Below the pieces are notes generated by a model, which was given only the letters and a program-made list of their open reading frames with translations, had not been told where the DNA came from and ran no database searches. From Pseudothermotoga sp. (GTDB lineage Bacteria > Thermotogota > Thermotogae > Thermotogales > DSM-5069), in the NCBI GenBank assembly GCA_031962025.1, contig JAVRKW010000019.1: a DNA stretch of 19,199 nt; one strand, 5' to 3'. Positions 1 to 10,126 of the stretch are shown here, piece by piece. The position numbers and the translations under genes were made by a program. Positions within the stretch are counted from its first letter, which is position 1. Each line of letters starts with the position of its first letter.

Positions 1-56
1 CTTTACTTTTCTGCCACAGATTAGATATAATTTCAGTGAGATTGTTCACATTCATC

Positions 57-110
57 GTTTAACAGAATGTATCTGACTGCAGTACTTCACAGATCTACCA
101 AAATTTGCAA
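57..110 (+). repeat. Degenerate attC-like element 1 (right core site eroded)
   Basis: RYYYAAC (GTTTAAC 57-63), inverted pair ATCTG 71-75 / CAGAT 90-94 around palindrome ACTGCAGT 76-83. Shares ATCTG and ACTTCACA.ATC with the element at 9947. No intact GTTRRRY at the aligned position. Confidence 0.4.
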
Positions 111-209
111 TCGAATTTCGCGCGTTTACAAAAAGTTATAATCATACGCTAAAGCTTGGGACTTTAGATATCTGTAAAGCCCCGGGCGGAACGGCCAGGA
201 GGAAGTAAA

Positions 210-3200
210 ATGATTACAGAAGGAAATGTTATTGAAGGTCCCTTCTGGAACGAACCTGTTAAGGTTGAAAAGATTGGGGAGATAGGAGAGTACATAAGGA
301 TCGTAGGTTCTACAATTCACTCAAGACAGCATGTGGACCAGATAATAAAAAAGGAAGATGCAAACAAATTAAAAATAGCACAATCCACAATTGACTTTTC
401 TTCAAATGCCGAAAATGTCTTCTTTGCAATCGAAGCTACACGGTTTAAATACGCCTCTCTCTTTGATCCACTTCTTGCCATGAATGTGTCCAAGATAGAT
501 CCCCTTCCATTTCAAATAGAAGCGGTATACGGCTATGTTTTAAAACAACCGCATATCAGATTTTTGATTGCAGATGACCCCGGTGCCGGAAAGACAATAA
601 TGGCAGGGCTTATATTGAAAGAATTGAAATTAAGAGGTCTTGCAAAAAGAATTCTGATCGTGGTTCCCGGTCATTTAAGGGATCAATGGCAAAGGGAATT
701 AAAAGAGAAGTTCGATGAAACATTCGTTGCGCTTGATAGAAATACCTTTAACTCCTACTACGGTGAAAATCCATGGGAGAAGAATGATCAGGTGATCACA
801 TCCATTGACTTTGCCAAACAGGATGAAATTCTCGCAACCTTAAGCTCAGTTCACTGGGATCTTGTGATTGTTGACGAAGCACATAAGATGTCAGCGTACA
901 AATACGGAGAAAAAACTCAGAAAACACAACGATACAGATTCGGAGAAGCTCTATCAAGAAACTCCAACCATCTCATCTTTTTGACTGCCACTCCTCATAA
1001 GGGCGATCCTGAAAATTTCAGGCTGTTTTTGGACCTTCTCATGCCAGGATTTTTTGCAACAAACAAGATGGTAGAAGAATCTTTAAAGAACAAGGACAAT
1101 CCATTATTCATAAGAAGACTGAAGGAAGATCTCAAAAATTTTGAAGGAAAACCCATATTTACAAGCAGATTTCCCATAACCATAAGATTCCATCTGTCTG
1201 AATCAGAAAAATCGCTATATAACGATGTTTCAAGATATGTGCTGGAGCAATACAATATGGCAACACAATCGGATAAGAAAAGAAATGTCGCATTTGCCCT
1301 TATGATTCTTCAAAGAAGAATGGCTTCCAGCACACACGCTCTTTTGAAATCGCTGGAAAGAAGGAAAGAAAGACTGGGAAAGATTCTAAAAGGCGAAGAA
1401 AAGCAAAAAGAAATATATATTGATTATGAAGAAATAGAAGATCTTGAAGAAAATGAAAGATGGAAAAAAGAAGAGGAATGGGAAACACTCACCCTGGCAA
1501 AAGACCCTGATGAGTTAAAACGCGAAATAGAAACACTCAACAATCTCATTGAGAAAGCCCGCCAGATATTAAACAACGAAGAAGAGGTTAAACTAAAGGA
1601 ACTCAAGAAAGCCATACAGGAAGGCTTTAAGAAGATCGAACAGATGAATGGAAATCCCAAGATCTTGATATTTACAGAGTCCAAGGATACTCTTGAGTAT
1701 TTAGTTAGAAAGATAGAATCGTGGGGCTATAAGGTGAATTACATCCACGGTGAAATGAGCATGAAAGAAAGAATCACAGCAGAAAAGATATTCAGAGATG
1801 AAACAAAAGTGATGGTGGCAACAGAAGCTGCAGGAGAAGGAATAAATCTTCAATTTTGCCACATCATGATAAACTACGATATCCCATGGAATCCAAATAG
1901 ACTTGAGCAAAGAATGGGAAGAATCCACAGGTACGGACAGCAAAAAGACGTTTATATCTTCAATCTTGTGGCGGAAGATACAAGAGAGGGAAAAGTTCTT
2001 GCAAAGCTATTTGACAAATTAGAGGAAATAAAAAACAAACTCGGAAGCGACAGAGTTTTTGATGTGATAGGAGATGTGTTTGAGGGTAAAGACCTTTACC
2101 AGCTCATCATTGATGCGGTGACAAACGCAAGGAGTATGGATGACATCTTGAAAGAACTGGATATAAAGCCTGATGAAGAGTACATCTCAAAAATAAAAGA
2201 AGCCCTGGGAGAAACCCTTGCAACAAGGTATATTGACTACACAAGGATAAAAGAAATGGCTCAAAGAGCAAAGGAATACAGGCTCATGCCTGAATATGTT
2301 GAAGAATTCTTCAAAAAGGTATTTGTCAAAGCAGGAGGAAAATTTAGGGAAATCAATAAAGGGTTCATAGCCATCGATTCTATACCTTATGAAATAAAAA
2401 AGATTGCAGAAAGCGCTGAGTTCAAAAACAAGTATGGCAAAAGCTATTCCAAAGTCACCTTTGACAAAGACATAGCTTTTAAAAACCCTGATGCCGAGTT
2501 TATTTCTTTTGGACATCCTCTTTTTGAGGCACTCTTGAAATGGGTGATTGAAAAATATAAAGAAGAGACAAAAAAAGGAGCAGTTTTTAAAGACCCGTCT
2601 GCCAGACTCAATGGTTATATCTGGTTTTACATCGGGGAAGTCAGAGACGGGAAGGGAGAAGTTGCAGGAAGAAAGATTATAGCGATCTACGATGATAAAA
2701 ATCATGTAGAACAACTAAACCCTGCGATTCTCTGGGACTTAGTACCAGCCAGGGACGTAAATGATTCATCTAATATTTCTGAAAAAGATGAAATGATTGA
2801 GATTACTGCCATACAGTCTCTTGAAAAGTATAAAGAAGAGATATTACAGGAAAGGAAAAGACAGGCAGAGATAAAGAGGAAATACGGGTTGAAATCTCTT
2901 GAATATCTTATCGGGGAACTGGATGCAGATTTAGCAGAGTTTTATGAGAGACAGGCAAGAGGAGAAAAGGTTAATCTGCCTATAAGGAACAAAGAGGAGC
3001 AAAAGAGAAGGTATGAAGAAGCAATGAAAGAATTAGAAAAGGAAATAGAGCAGGAGCAGAGTCTTTCGATGTCTATGCCAGAACTTTTGACCGTTATCAA
3101 AGTAATTGCAGAGAAAAATGAAATGGTTGAAGATGAAGAAGTTGAGAGAATAGGGATGGAAGTGGCTATGGAATACGAAAGACAGCAGGGCAGAGTTCCT

Positions 3201-3518
3201 GAAGATGTTTCAAAAGAAAATCTGGGTTTTGACATTCGCTCAAAGGACGAGAGAACAAAAGAGATGAGATACATAGAAGTTAAGGCAAGGGCAAAGGAAG
3301 GGGCTGTGGAATTAACTTTAAATGAATGGTTCAAAGCAAAGAGATTTAAAGATCAATACTTTCTCTATGTGGTTGTCAATGCACTGACAAATCCAACTCT
3401 TTACATTATCAAAAATCCCGCTGAAAATCTAAAACCACAGGAAAAGGTTGAAGTAGTCAGGTTTATCGTGCCAGTGGAAGAATGGAAAAACAAAAAAGAA
3501 GAGGTGTGGAACCGATGA
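210..3518 (+). CDS. SNF2-family helicase with C-terminal DUF3883 (NOV_C) PD-(D/E)XK-like nuclease domain
   Basis: 1102 aa with a GGAGG RBS. SNF2 motifs: DPLPFQ, IADDPGAGKT (Walker A), IVDEAH, LTATP, ATEAAGEGINLQ, YDIPWNPNRLEQRMGRIHRYGQ. C-terminal GFDIRS...YIEVK...LTLNEW is typical of DUF3883. Confidence 0.93.
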   Translation: MITEGNVIEGPFWNEPVKVEKIGEIGEYIRIVGSTIHSRQHVDQIIKKEDANKLKIAQSTIDFSSNAENVFFAIEATRFKYASLFDPLLAMNVSKIDPLPFQIEAVYGYVLKQPHIRFLIADDPGAGKTIMAGLILKELKLRGLAKRILIVVPGHLRDQWQRELKEKFDETFVALDRNTFNSYYGENPWEKNDQVITSIDFAKQDEILATLSSVHWDLVIVDEAHKMSAYKYGEKTQKTQRYRFGEALSRNSNHLIFLTATPHKGDPENFRLFLDLLMPGFFATNKMVEESLKNKDNPLFIRRLKEDLKNFEGKPIFTSRFPITIRFHLSESEKSLYNDVSRYVLEQYNMATQSDKKRNVAFALMILQRRMASSTHALLKSLERRKERLGKILKGEEKQKEIYIDYEEIEDLEENERWKKEEEWETLTLAKDPDELKREIETLNNLIEKARQILNNEEEVKLKELKKAIQEGFKKIEQMNGNPKILIFTESKDTLEYLVRKIESWGYKVNYIHGEMSMKERITAEKIFRDETKVMVATEAAGEGINLQFCHIMINYDIPWNPNRLEQRMGRIHRYGQQKDVYIFNLVAEDTREGKVLAKLFDKLEEIKNKLGSDRVFDVIGDVFEGKDLYQLIIDAVTNARSMDDILKELDIKPDEEYISKIKEALGETLATRYIDYTRIKEMAQRAKEYRLMPEYVEEFFKKVFVKAGGKFREINKGFIAIDSIPYEIKKIAESAEFKNKYGKSYSKVTFDKDIAFKNPDAEFISFGHPLFEALLKWVIEKYKEETKKGAVFKDPSARLNGYIWFYIGEVRDGKGEVAGRKIIAIYDDKNHVEQLNPAILWDLVPARDVNDSSNISEKDEMIEITAIQSLEKYKEEILQERKRQAEIKRKYGLKSLEYLIGELDADLAEFYERQARGEKVNLPIRNKEEQKRRYEEAMKELEKEIEQEQSLSMSMPELLTVIKVIAEKNEMVEDEEVERIGMEVAMEYERQQGRVPEDVSKENLGFDIRSKDERTKEMRYIEVKARAKEGAVELTLNEWFKAKRFKDQYFLYVVVNALTNPTLYIIKNPAENLKPQEKVEVVRFIVPVEEWKNKKEEVWNR

Positions 3519-3905
3519 GAGAAAATCATGCGGTTGAGTTTAAAGAATCATGGCGGGATGATTATTTAAAAACATTGTGTGCCTTTGCAAATACAGATGG
3601 TGGAGTTGTGTAAAGAGCAGGGGCTTCCAGAACCGGAATTTAAAGAGCTCGGTGGCGGATTCTCGGTAATCTTCTACAAAAACATTTATAACAAAGAACA
3701 TCTCGGAAAGCTGGGACTGAACGAAAGACAAATCAAGGCGGTTTTGTATTTGAAAGAAAGAGGTGAAATAACGACTTCGACATTAAAAAAACTTATCCCC
3801 GCTGTTTCAGAAAAAACTTTGTATCGTGATTTGAAAGAACTTGTTGAGAAAAATATGATCAGAGAAATCGGAACTAAAAAAGGTAGAAAGTATGTGCTAT
3901 CTTAA
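3515..3905 (+). pseudogene. Internally deleted AlbA_2 (Schlafen-like)/HATPase_c_4/wHTH gene; a residual ~102 aa HTH ORF could start at ATG 3597
   Basis: ATG overlaps the helicase stop (ATGA) and reads MRENHAVEFKESWRDDYLKTLCAFANTDGGVV* (3515-3613), the AlbA_2 N-terminal signature. A second frame reads MVELCKEQGLPEPEF...GLNERQIKAV...SEKTLYRDLKELVEK, the usual C-terminal wHTH part. The middle of the gene is missing. Confidence 0.8.
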
Positions 3906-3906
3906 C

Positions 3907-4004
3907 GGACACTTATTGGACATAATGGACATTTATCGGACATATTTCGGACAAGTAGGGCATAAAAGGGGCGAAACGGGCATAAAAGGGGCATTAAAGG
4001 GGCA
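3907..4004 (+). repeat. Array of ten GG(A/G)C(A/G) pentamers with 9/11-bp spacing
   Basis: GGACA at 3907, 3918, 3927, 3938, 3949; GGGCA/GGGCG at 3958, 3969, 3978, 3989, 4000; AT-rich linkers. Confidence 0.9.
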
Positions 4005-4098
4005 GAACATTGAAGAAGAAAAGAATCAATGATGAAGCCAAAAGAAAACTAAAATAATGCAAATGAGTCAAAAAATTTTAGCGAAAGAGGAGATAGAT

Positions 4099-6942
4099 AT
4101 GAAAGATAAACGCTTTATAGAGGAAAGCTTTCCTGTGAAGGAAGTAAGTGAAATTTCAGCAAAGGAGAAAAACATAAGGCACGGACATATTTCCACTTTG
4201 CATATATGGTGGGCTCGCCGTCCACTGGCATCATCAAGAGCAACTTCCTATGCGGCTTTAATTGCCGCTTTAAATTCGATTGAAGAATGGGAAAAGACAA
4301 GGCAGTTCATAATTGAGCTCTCAAAATGGGAGAACTCTTTAGATCAAAATATTATACAGAAAGCAAGAGAAGATATTTTAAAGACATATAAAGGAAAACC
4401 ACCAAGGGTTTTAGACCCATTTTCAGGTGGTGGCTCTATTCCGTTAGAGGCATTAAGACTTGGATGTGAAGTCCATGCTGTTGAATATAATCCCGTAGCC
4501 ACTCTTATTTTAAAGTGTACCCTTGAGTATCCACAAAAGTACGGGAGATGGACAATTGAAGACTCACACAGTACTTTCACAAAAAATAGGGTATATAGCT
4601 CAGAAAGACATGGAAGAGATTTTGAAAATAACCCGAACGATGGGGAAGATGTTGCTTGGACTAATTTGCTCTTTGAAGAAGAAATAAAAGCGCAATTTCG
4701 CAAATCCAATCCCATATTGGCAGATGTTAAATGGTGGGGAAACTGGGTTTTAGAAGAGGCAAAGAAAGAGATAGGAAAATTTTACCCTGCCGATGAGGAC
4801 GGCTCTATTCCAGTTGGCTACATCTGGGCTCGCACCATTCCCTGTCAAAATCCTTCCTGTGGAGCTGAAATTCCTTTAATGAGGCAGTTCTGGCTTTCAA
4901 AAAAGGATAACAAAAAGGTGGCTTTATATCCATACACAGAAGGCAATGAAGTAAAGTTCAAGATTGTAGGAGATGGATATGAAAAGATGCCTTCAAATTT
5001 TGACCCTGAAAATGGAACGGTTTCAAGGGCAATTGCTATATGTCCTGTTTGTGGATACACAGTTGATGATAAAACAACAAGAAAACTGTTTCAGCAAGGA
5101 AAGGCAGGAGAAAGACTGGTTGCAGTTGTTCTGCACAAACCGGGCAGGGAAGGAAAGACTTACAGGCTTGCAAACGAAAAAGATTTTCAGATTTTCAAAG
5201 AAGCAGAAAAGTACCTTGAAGAAAAAAGACAAAAACTCATGGAAGAATGGGGAATCGATCCTGTGCCGGATGAAGAATTACCACCAAAGGAAACGCTTGG
5301 CTTTCGTGTGCAAAGATATGGAATGCTCAAATGGGGTGACCTTTTCAACTCCCGCCAGAAGCTGGCTTTGATAACCTTTACGGAAAAGGTGAGGCTGGCT
5401 TATCAAAAGATGATTGAGGAAGGATATGATGAAGAGTATGCCAAGGCGGTAGTGGGGTATTTGGGAATTAGCATAAACAATTTAGCAGAGAAAAACAATA
5501 ATGTCAGCAGGTGGGCAAACACTAAGGAAACTATTGCTGGTTCGTTCAGCCGACAAGCTTTACCGATGATATGGGACTATTTCGAATCAAATGTTTTTAG
5601 TGGTTCCACAGGCGATTGGTTAAATTCAATAGAATATAATTCAAAAGTTCTCTCCCACCTCTCCCAGATTCCGCCAGTAGAATTAAAGGAGGAAGGTGAA
5701 GATGAAGGGGGAAAAGCAATCCCTGTTATAAAGCAAGCCTCTGCCACAGAGCTTCCCTATCCAGATAACTACTTTGATGCCGTTTTCACAGACCCACCTT
5801 ACTATGACAATGTGCCTTACTCTTACCTTTCAGACTTTTTCTATGTGTGGCTTAAAAGAAGCATTGGGGATATATACCCAGAACTTTTCATGACACCACT
5901 TACACCAAAATCTAAAGAAATTGTTGCTTACTCTCATCAAGAAGGTGGCTTTGAGGCAGGCAAGAAATACTTTGAAGACATGCTCAAAAAAGCTTTTCAA
6001 GAGATTTCAAGGATTTTAAAGCCAAATGGAATAGCAACCATCGTTTATAGTCACAAATCAACCACTGGCTGGGAAACCTTAATAAATGCACTTCTTGAAT
6101 CAAATCTTGTTCCAACTGCATCATGGCCCATTGATACGGAAATGAAAGCAAGACTAAGGGCAAAGGAATCTGCCGCTTTAGCTTCGTCCATCTACTTTGT
6201 CTGTAGAAAAATGGACAGAGTTGAGACAGGCTGGCTGAACGAAGTAAAAGAGGAGATAAAAAAACACATCACTGAAAAACTTAAGTCCCTATGGGAAGAA
6301 GGAGTGAGCGGTGCTGACTTTTTCATTGCAGGTATTGGCTCAGCCATTGAAATTTTTGGGAAATACAAAAAGGTAATGGATTATGAAGGAAAAGAGATTT
6401 CAGCAAAAGAGCTTTTAGACTATGTAAGAGAAGTTGTGACGGATTATGCGGTAAGGCAGATTCTACACAACGGTATTGCAGGTGAGCTTTCACCACTTAC
6501 AAGGTTTTATATCCTATGGAGATGGACATACGGTGAGGCAAAAGTTGAGTTTGATGATGCCAGAAAGCTTGCCCAATCTGTTGGGGTAAATCTTGAAAGA
6601 GAGTGGAACAAAGGCTTTATCAGAAAGGACAAGGAATTTATAATCGTGCTTGGACCTCAAGATAGAACACTGCAAGAGCTTGAAAATGTAGAGGAGATGA
6701 TAGATGTTCTTCACAAGGTACTACTTTTGTGGAAGGCGGCAAGAAAGGAAGAGATGAAAGAAATTTTAAAAGAAACGGGCTATGGTACAAAAGAGGCATT
6801 TTACAAAGTGGCACAGGCTATATCTGAAACTTTGCCAGATGAAAGCAAAGAGAAAAAACTCTTGGATGGATTTTTAAGCGGGAAAGAGAGATTAAAAGAT
6901 GAAATAAAAAATATAAGCAGACAAGGGGAGTTGTTTGAATGA
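4099..6942 (+). CDS. DUF1156-family amino (N6-adenine type) DNA methyltransferase with Zn-ribbon
   Basis: [12 protein letters not shown]1156 signature, motif [14 protein letters not shown], Zn ligands CQNPSC and CPVCG, catalytic TDPPYY. Start moved from 4057 to ATG 4099 because of the GAGGAG RBS just upstream. Confidence 0.92.
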   Translation: MKDKRFIEESFPVKEVSEISAKEKNIRHGHISTLHIWWARRPLASSRATSYAALIAALNSIEEWEKTRQFIIELSKWENSLDQNIIQKAREDILKTYKGKPPRVLDPFSGGGSIPLEALRLGCEVHAVEYNPVATLILKCTLEYPQKYGRWTIEDSHSTFTKNRVYSSERHGRDFENNPNDGEDVAWTNLLFEEEIKAQFRKSNPILADVKWWGNWVLEEAKKEIGKFYPADEDGSIPVGYIWARTIPCQNPSCGAEIPLMRQFWLSKKDNKKVALYPYTEGNEVKFKIVGDGYEKMPSNFDPENGTVSRAIAICPVCGYTVDDKTTRKLFQQGKAGERLVAVVLHKPGREGKTYRLANEKDFQIFKEAEKYLEEKRQKLMEEWGIDPVPDEELPPKETLGFRVQRYGMLKWGDLFNSRQKLALITFTEKVRLAYQKMIEEGYDEEYAKAVVGYLGISINNLAEKNNNVSRWANTKETIAGSFSRQALPMIWDYFESNVFSGSTGDWLNSIEYNSKVLSHLSQIPPVELKEEGEDEGGKAIPVIKQASATELPYPDNYFDAVFTDPPYYDNVPYSYLSDFFYVWLKRSIGDIYPELFMTPLTPKSKEIVAYSHQEGGFEAGKKYFEDMLKKAFQEISRILKPNGIATIVYSHKSTTGWETLINALLESNLVPTASWPIDTEMKARLRAKESAALASSIYFVCRKMDRVETGWLNEVKEEIKKHITEKLKSLWEEGVSGADFFIAGIGSAIEIFGKYKKVMDYEGKEISAKELLDYVREVVTDYAVRQILHNGIAGELSPLTRFYILWRWTYGEAKVEFDDARKLAQSVGVNLEREWNKGFIRKDKEFIIVLGPQDRTLQELENVEEMIDVLHKVLLLWKAARKEEMKEILKETGYGTKEAFYKVAQAISETLPDESKEKKLLDGFLSGKERLKDEIKNISRQGELFE

Positions 6943-7232
6943 AAAATCTCGAAGAGATTAAATAAATTTTAAGAAGCCTTAAACAACATATTCGACAAAA
7001 TTATAAGGCAGAAATAATTGGTATATTTGGTTCTTTTGTGAGAAATGAACAGAAACAGGGCGGCGATATTGATATTCTTGTCAAATTTTATGAAAATGCC
7101 ACGCTTTTTGATTTTATTAGGTTATCAACGTTCTTAGAGGAAAAACTTGGTATTAAAGTAGATATAGTTTCTCAAGATGTGATCAGAAAAGAAATAAAAG
7201 AAAACATAATGATAGAGGTAATTAATCTATGA
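6939..7232 (+). pseudogene. mntA: MNT (minimal nucleotidyltransferase) antitoxin with premature stop
   Basis: ATGA overlap with the methylase. Reads MKNLEEIK*(TAA 6963-6965)ILRSLKQHIRQNYKAEIIGIFGSFVRNEQKQGGDIDILV...LEEKLGIKVDIV; the GS..DxD motif is in frame after the stop. Confidence 0.85.
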
Positions 7233-7400
7233 AGAGAGACATTACACTGTATATAAAGAAAATGGCAGGATTCAGAGATAAACTCATACATTTCTATTTT
7301 GGCATCAAATATGAGCTCGTCTGGAATACAATTAAAATGGAGTTACCATAATTAAAAAACAAAATTAGAAAAGTGTTAATCGATATAGGAGGTGAAATAA
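7229..7400 (+). pseudogene. hepT: HEPN/DUF86 RNase toxin remnant (in-frame internal deletion plus nonsense codon)
   Basis: ATGA overlap with MNT. Reads MKRDITLYIK directly into KMAGFRDKLIHFYFGIKYELVWNTIKMELP*(TAA 7349-7351)LKNKIRKVL. The R-x4-H motif RDKLIH is retained but the central helices typical of DUF86 are absent. Confidence 0.8.
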
Positions 7401-9935
7401 ATGAAATCATTTACCCAAATAGCAATTCCGCATGAGGATATTGTCGAAGGTCGCCTTACAATGGATGTATTTGCAGCAGATCTGTGGCAGGTCGTTCAGG
7501 GTAAAGCTCCATTCGATTATCAAGACCCGGATTTGTTTTTCAAAAAGACCTTTATAACTGACGGGCTAAAAAATATTCTTGAAATAGCAAAGGCAAGACT
7601 TGAAGGAAAAAGCGGAGATTCTGTTATGCAACTTCAAACGCCTTTTGGTGGTGGTAAAACTCACACTCTCATTGCTCTTTATCACAAAGCAAAAGAATGG
7701 AATGCAAAAGTTGTTGTGATTGATGGGACCGCATTAGACCCGAAAGAAAAGAAGCTCTGGGAGGAATTGGAGAAACAACTGACCGGAAAAATTGCCATAA
7801 CAAAGGGAGATACTTCTCCGGGCAAGGAAAAATTGATAGAGCTTTTATCCAGCAACTCGCCTGTTCTTATACTTATAGACGAACTTTTTCATTACACTAA
7901 AAAGGCATCAGGTGTAAAAATAGAAGATTCAACTCTTGCCACTCAGACTCTTGCATTTGTTCAAGAACTTACAGAATCAGTGGCAACAGTGGGAAATGCC
8001 ATGCTTGTTTTTACACTGCCATCAAGCACTTTAGAAGACTACGATGAAAATGCCGAAAAAATATTTGAGCAGCTTCAAAAAATTACAGGAAGAATGGAGA
8101 AGATCTACACCCCTGTAAAAGATGACGAGATAGAAGCCGTAGTGAGAAAAAGACTTTTCGAGAAAATAGATGAAGAAAAAGCAAAAGAGTTGGTTGATGA
8201 GTTTATAGAGCATGCAAAGAATGAAGGACTTTTATCCGGTAATGAAGTTTATGAATATAGAAATAGATTTCTAAGGAGCTATCCTTTCAAACCAGAGGTT
8301 ATAGATGTTCTTTACAAAAAATGGGGATCTTTTCCAAGCTTTCAGAGAACACGCGGCGTTCTGAGAATGCTCTCCATAGTGGTTCACAGTCTTCTTGACA
8401 AAAACATCCCATATATCCGCATAGGGGACTTTGATTTAAGCAATGAGGAATTGAGAAGAGAACTCACAAAGCATACAGGTGAGGAATGGGGCAGCATAAT
8501 TGCTCAGGATATTGCAGGAAGTTCTTCGGAAGCTAAAAAAGTCGATGAAGGCATAGGACCTTCTTATATACCATACAGGCTTGGAACTGTGGTCAGCACC
8601 ACAATTTTTATGATGTCCTTTTCCGGAAGGGGCGAGAGGGGTTCAAGTGTAAAGGAAATAAAAATAAGTACCGTTTATCCTGGACTTTCAAGCAGTGTGA
8701 TAGATACCGTAATAAATGATCTAAAAGAGAGGTTGTTTTATTTATCCGATGAAGGTCTTTTCTTTACCAATCAACCAAACCTCAACAGGATTTTGGTTTC
8801 AAGAGAAGAGAACGTAACAGATAACGAAGTATATCAGCAGGAAAAGGAGATTTTAGAAAAATATACAAAAAACTCGTCTGTGTTTAGAGTTTATATTCAC
8901 CCAAAGTTTCCAAAGGATGTTCCTGATTTACCCGAGTTGAAACTTGTAGTTCTGAATAAAGAAAAACCCGACAACGAATTTTTTGAAAAATACGGTGAGA
9001 GTCCAAGAGTTTACAGAAATACTTTGATATTTCTGTGTGTCGATGAAAGTCAAAAAGCCGCATTTTACAATTATCTCAAAAAACTTATAGCACTCAGAGG
9101 CATTGATGCCGATAGATCTTTGAAATTAACTGAGAGGCAGAAAAATGAGGTAAAGAATAAGCTTAAGAATTACGAGCAGAGGGAATACGAAGAATTGAGA
9201 AAGTATTACCGCAAGCTGTTGCTTCCAGCAAAAGACGGATTTAAAGAGTTTGATCTTGGAATACCCACATTACATGAGTCTCGACTTGATAGCGAAATCT
9301 ATGGATATTTGAGATCACAAGGTGAAATTCTTGAAAGAATTTCACCTAAGGTTATTAAGGAAAAGTATTTACCTAACAGAGACTATGTAGAAGTATTAAA
9401 TCTTTACGAGGCTTTACTTAAAACACCCGGGGAACTTCGCCCGAAATCAAAAGATGCCCTTATAGATGGTATAAAAGAAGGCGTTAAAGAGGGTCTGTTT
9501 GGATTTGGCTATATTGAAGGGGAAACTTTAAAGTGCAGGCACATAAATGAGGACATAAACATAGAATTTTCGGATGGTGAAATTATTATCAAGCCAGAGC
9601 TTTGTAAAAAAGAAGAGACCAGAAAAACTGCGTCTGTTATTTCTCAAGAAGAAAAGCCTACTTCTGTTCAAGTTAAAGAACCTGAAGAAAAATATGCTGA
9701 CGAACCATCGGAAAAAAGAACTTCAAAAAAAGCCTTGAAACTGAAACTGAAGGTGCCGGTTGGAAAGATTTCAACCATCGCAAGGATTGCAAATCATTTA
9801 AAAAACAAATTTTCAAGGTGCGATGTGGAAATTAGTATCAGAGCAACTGATGGCGAGATTGAGATGGCTGACTATGAAGATAAGATATTAGAAGCATTGA
9901 AACAGGAAAATATTGAGATCGTCGAGGAAGAATAA
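7401..9935 (+). CDS. DUF499-family AAA+ ATPase
   Basis: 844 aa with RBS AGGAGGTG at 7387-7394. Motifs: PHEDI..G..FAADL N-terminus, Walker A LQTPFGGGKTH, Walker B LILIDE, SYPF.P and FQRTRGVLR. Confidence 0.92.
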   Translation: MKSFTQIAIPHEDIVEGRLTMDVFAADLWQVVQGKAPFDYQDPDLFFKKTFITDGLKNILEIAKARLEGKSGDSVMQLQTPFGGGKTHTLIALYHKAKEWNAKVVVIDGTALDPKEKKLWEELEKQLTGKIAITKGDTSPGKEKLIELLSSNSPVLILIDELFHYTKKASGVKIEDSTLATQTLAFVQELTESVATVGNAMLVFTLPSSTLEDYDENAEKIFEQLQKITGRMEKIYTPVKDDEIEAVVRKRLFEKIDEEKAKELVDEFIEHAKNEGLLSGNEVYEYRNRFLRSYPFKPEVIDVLYKKWGSFPSFQRTRGVLRMLSIVVHSLLDKNIPYIRIGDFDLSNEELRRELTKHTGEEWGSIIAQDIAGSSSEAKKVDEGIGPSYIPYRLGTVVSTTIFMMSFSGRGERGSSVKEIKISTVYPGLSSSVIDTVINDLKERLFYLSDEGLFFTNQPNLNRILVSREENVTDNEVYQQEKEILEKYTKNSSVFRVYIHPKFPKDVPDLPELKLVVLNKEKPDNEFFEKYGESPRVYRNTLIFLCVDESQKAAFYNYLKKLIALRGIDADRSLKLTERQKNEVKNKLKNYEQREYEELRKYYRKLLLPAKDGFKEFDLGIPTLHESRLDSEIYGYLRSQGEILERISPKVIKEKYLPNRDYVEVLNLYEALLKTPGELRPKSKDALIDGIKEGVKEGLFGFGYIEGETLKCRHINEDINIEFSDGEIIIKPELCKKEETRKTASVISQEEKPTSVQVKEPEEKYADEPSEKRTSKKALKLKLKVPVGKISTIARIANHLKNKFSRCDVEISIRATDGEIEMADYEDKILEALKQENIEIVEEE

Positions 9936-9946
9936 AATTGTGTTTT

Positions 9947-10029
9947 GCCTAACAAGAAGCAATCTGTCTTCGCCAATTTCTGTGCAAATTGGTCAAAGCC
10001 AAACTTCACATATCCGCGAGCCGTTAAAC
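9947..10029 (+). repeat. attC-like recombination site 2 (best preserved)
   Basis: Begins 11 bp after the DUF499 stop: GCCTAAC (RYYYAAC) 9947-9953 ... GTTAAAC (GTTRRRY) 10023-10029, 83 bp. Internal perfect inverted repeat CCAATTT 9973-9979 / AAATTGG 9986-9992. Confidence 0.65.
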
Positions 10030-10126
10030 AAAATTCCACCATATTCTTGTGAGGATACACAAAGCTGAACCAAGATGAAACGATGAAGCTGATACGGAAG
10101 ACTATTTTAGATCGGAGGTGTGGTAA

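Noticed and set aside
114..142. Sigma70 promoter for the defence operon
   Set aside because: A perfect TATAAT lies at 137-142, but there is no properly spaced -35 or TG extension, so it was not called.
995..3334. Minus-strand ORFs inside the helicase (and similar shadow ORFs in the methylase, ATPase, heliorhodopsin and desaturase genes)
   Set aside because: Antisense or alternate-frame shadows of well-supported genes, with F/S/L-rich composition and no motifs.
3907..4004. CRISPR array
   Set aside because: Repeats are 5 bp with 4-6 bp linkers; no 23-47 bp repeats, no spacers and no cas genes.
210..9935. Canonical BREX or DISARM system
   Set aside because: No PglZ, BrxA/B/L, DrmA/B or DUF1998 genes; the components match the DUF499/DUF1156/SNF2 restriction-like type.
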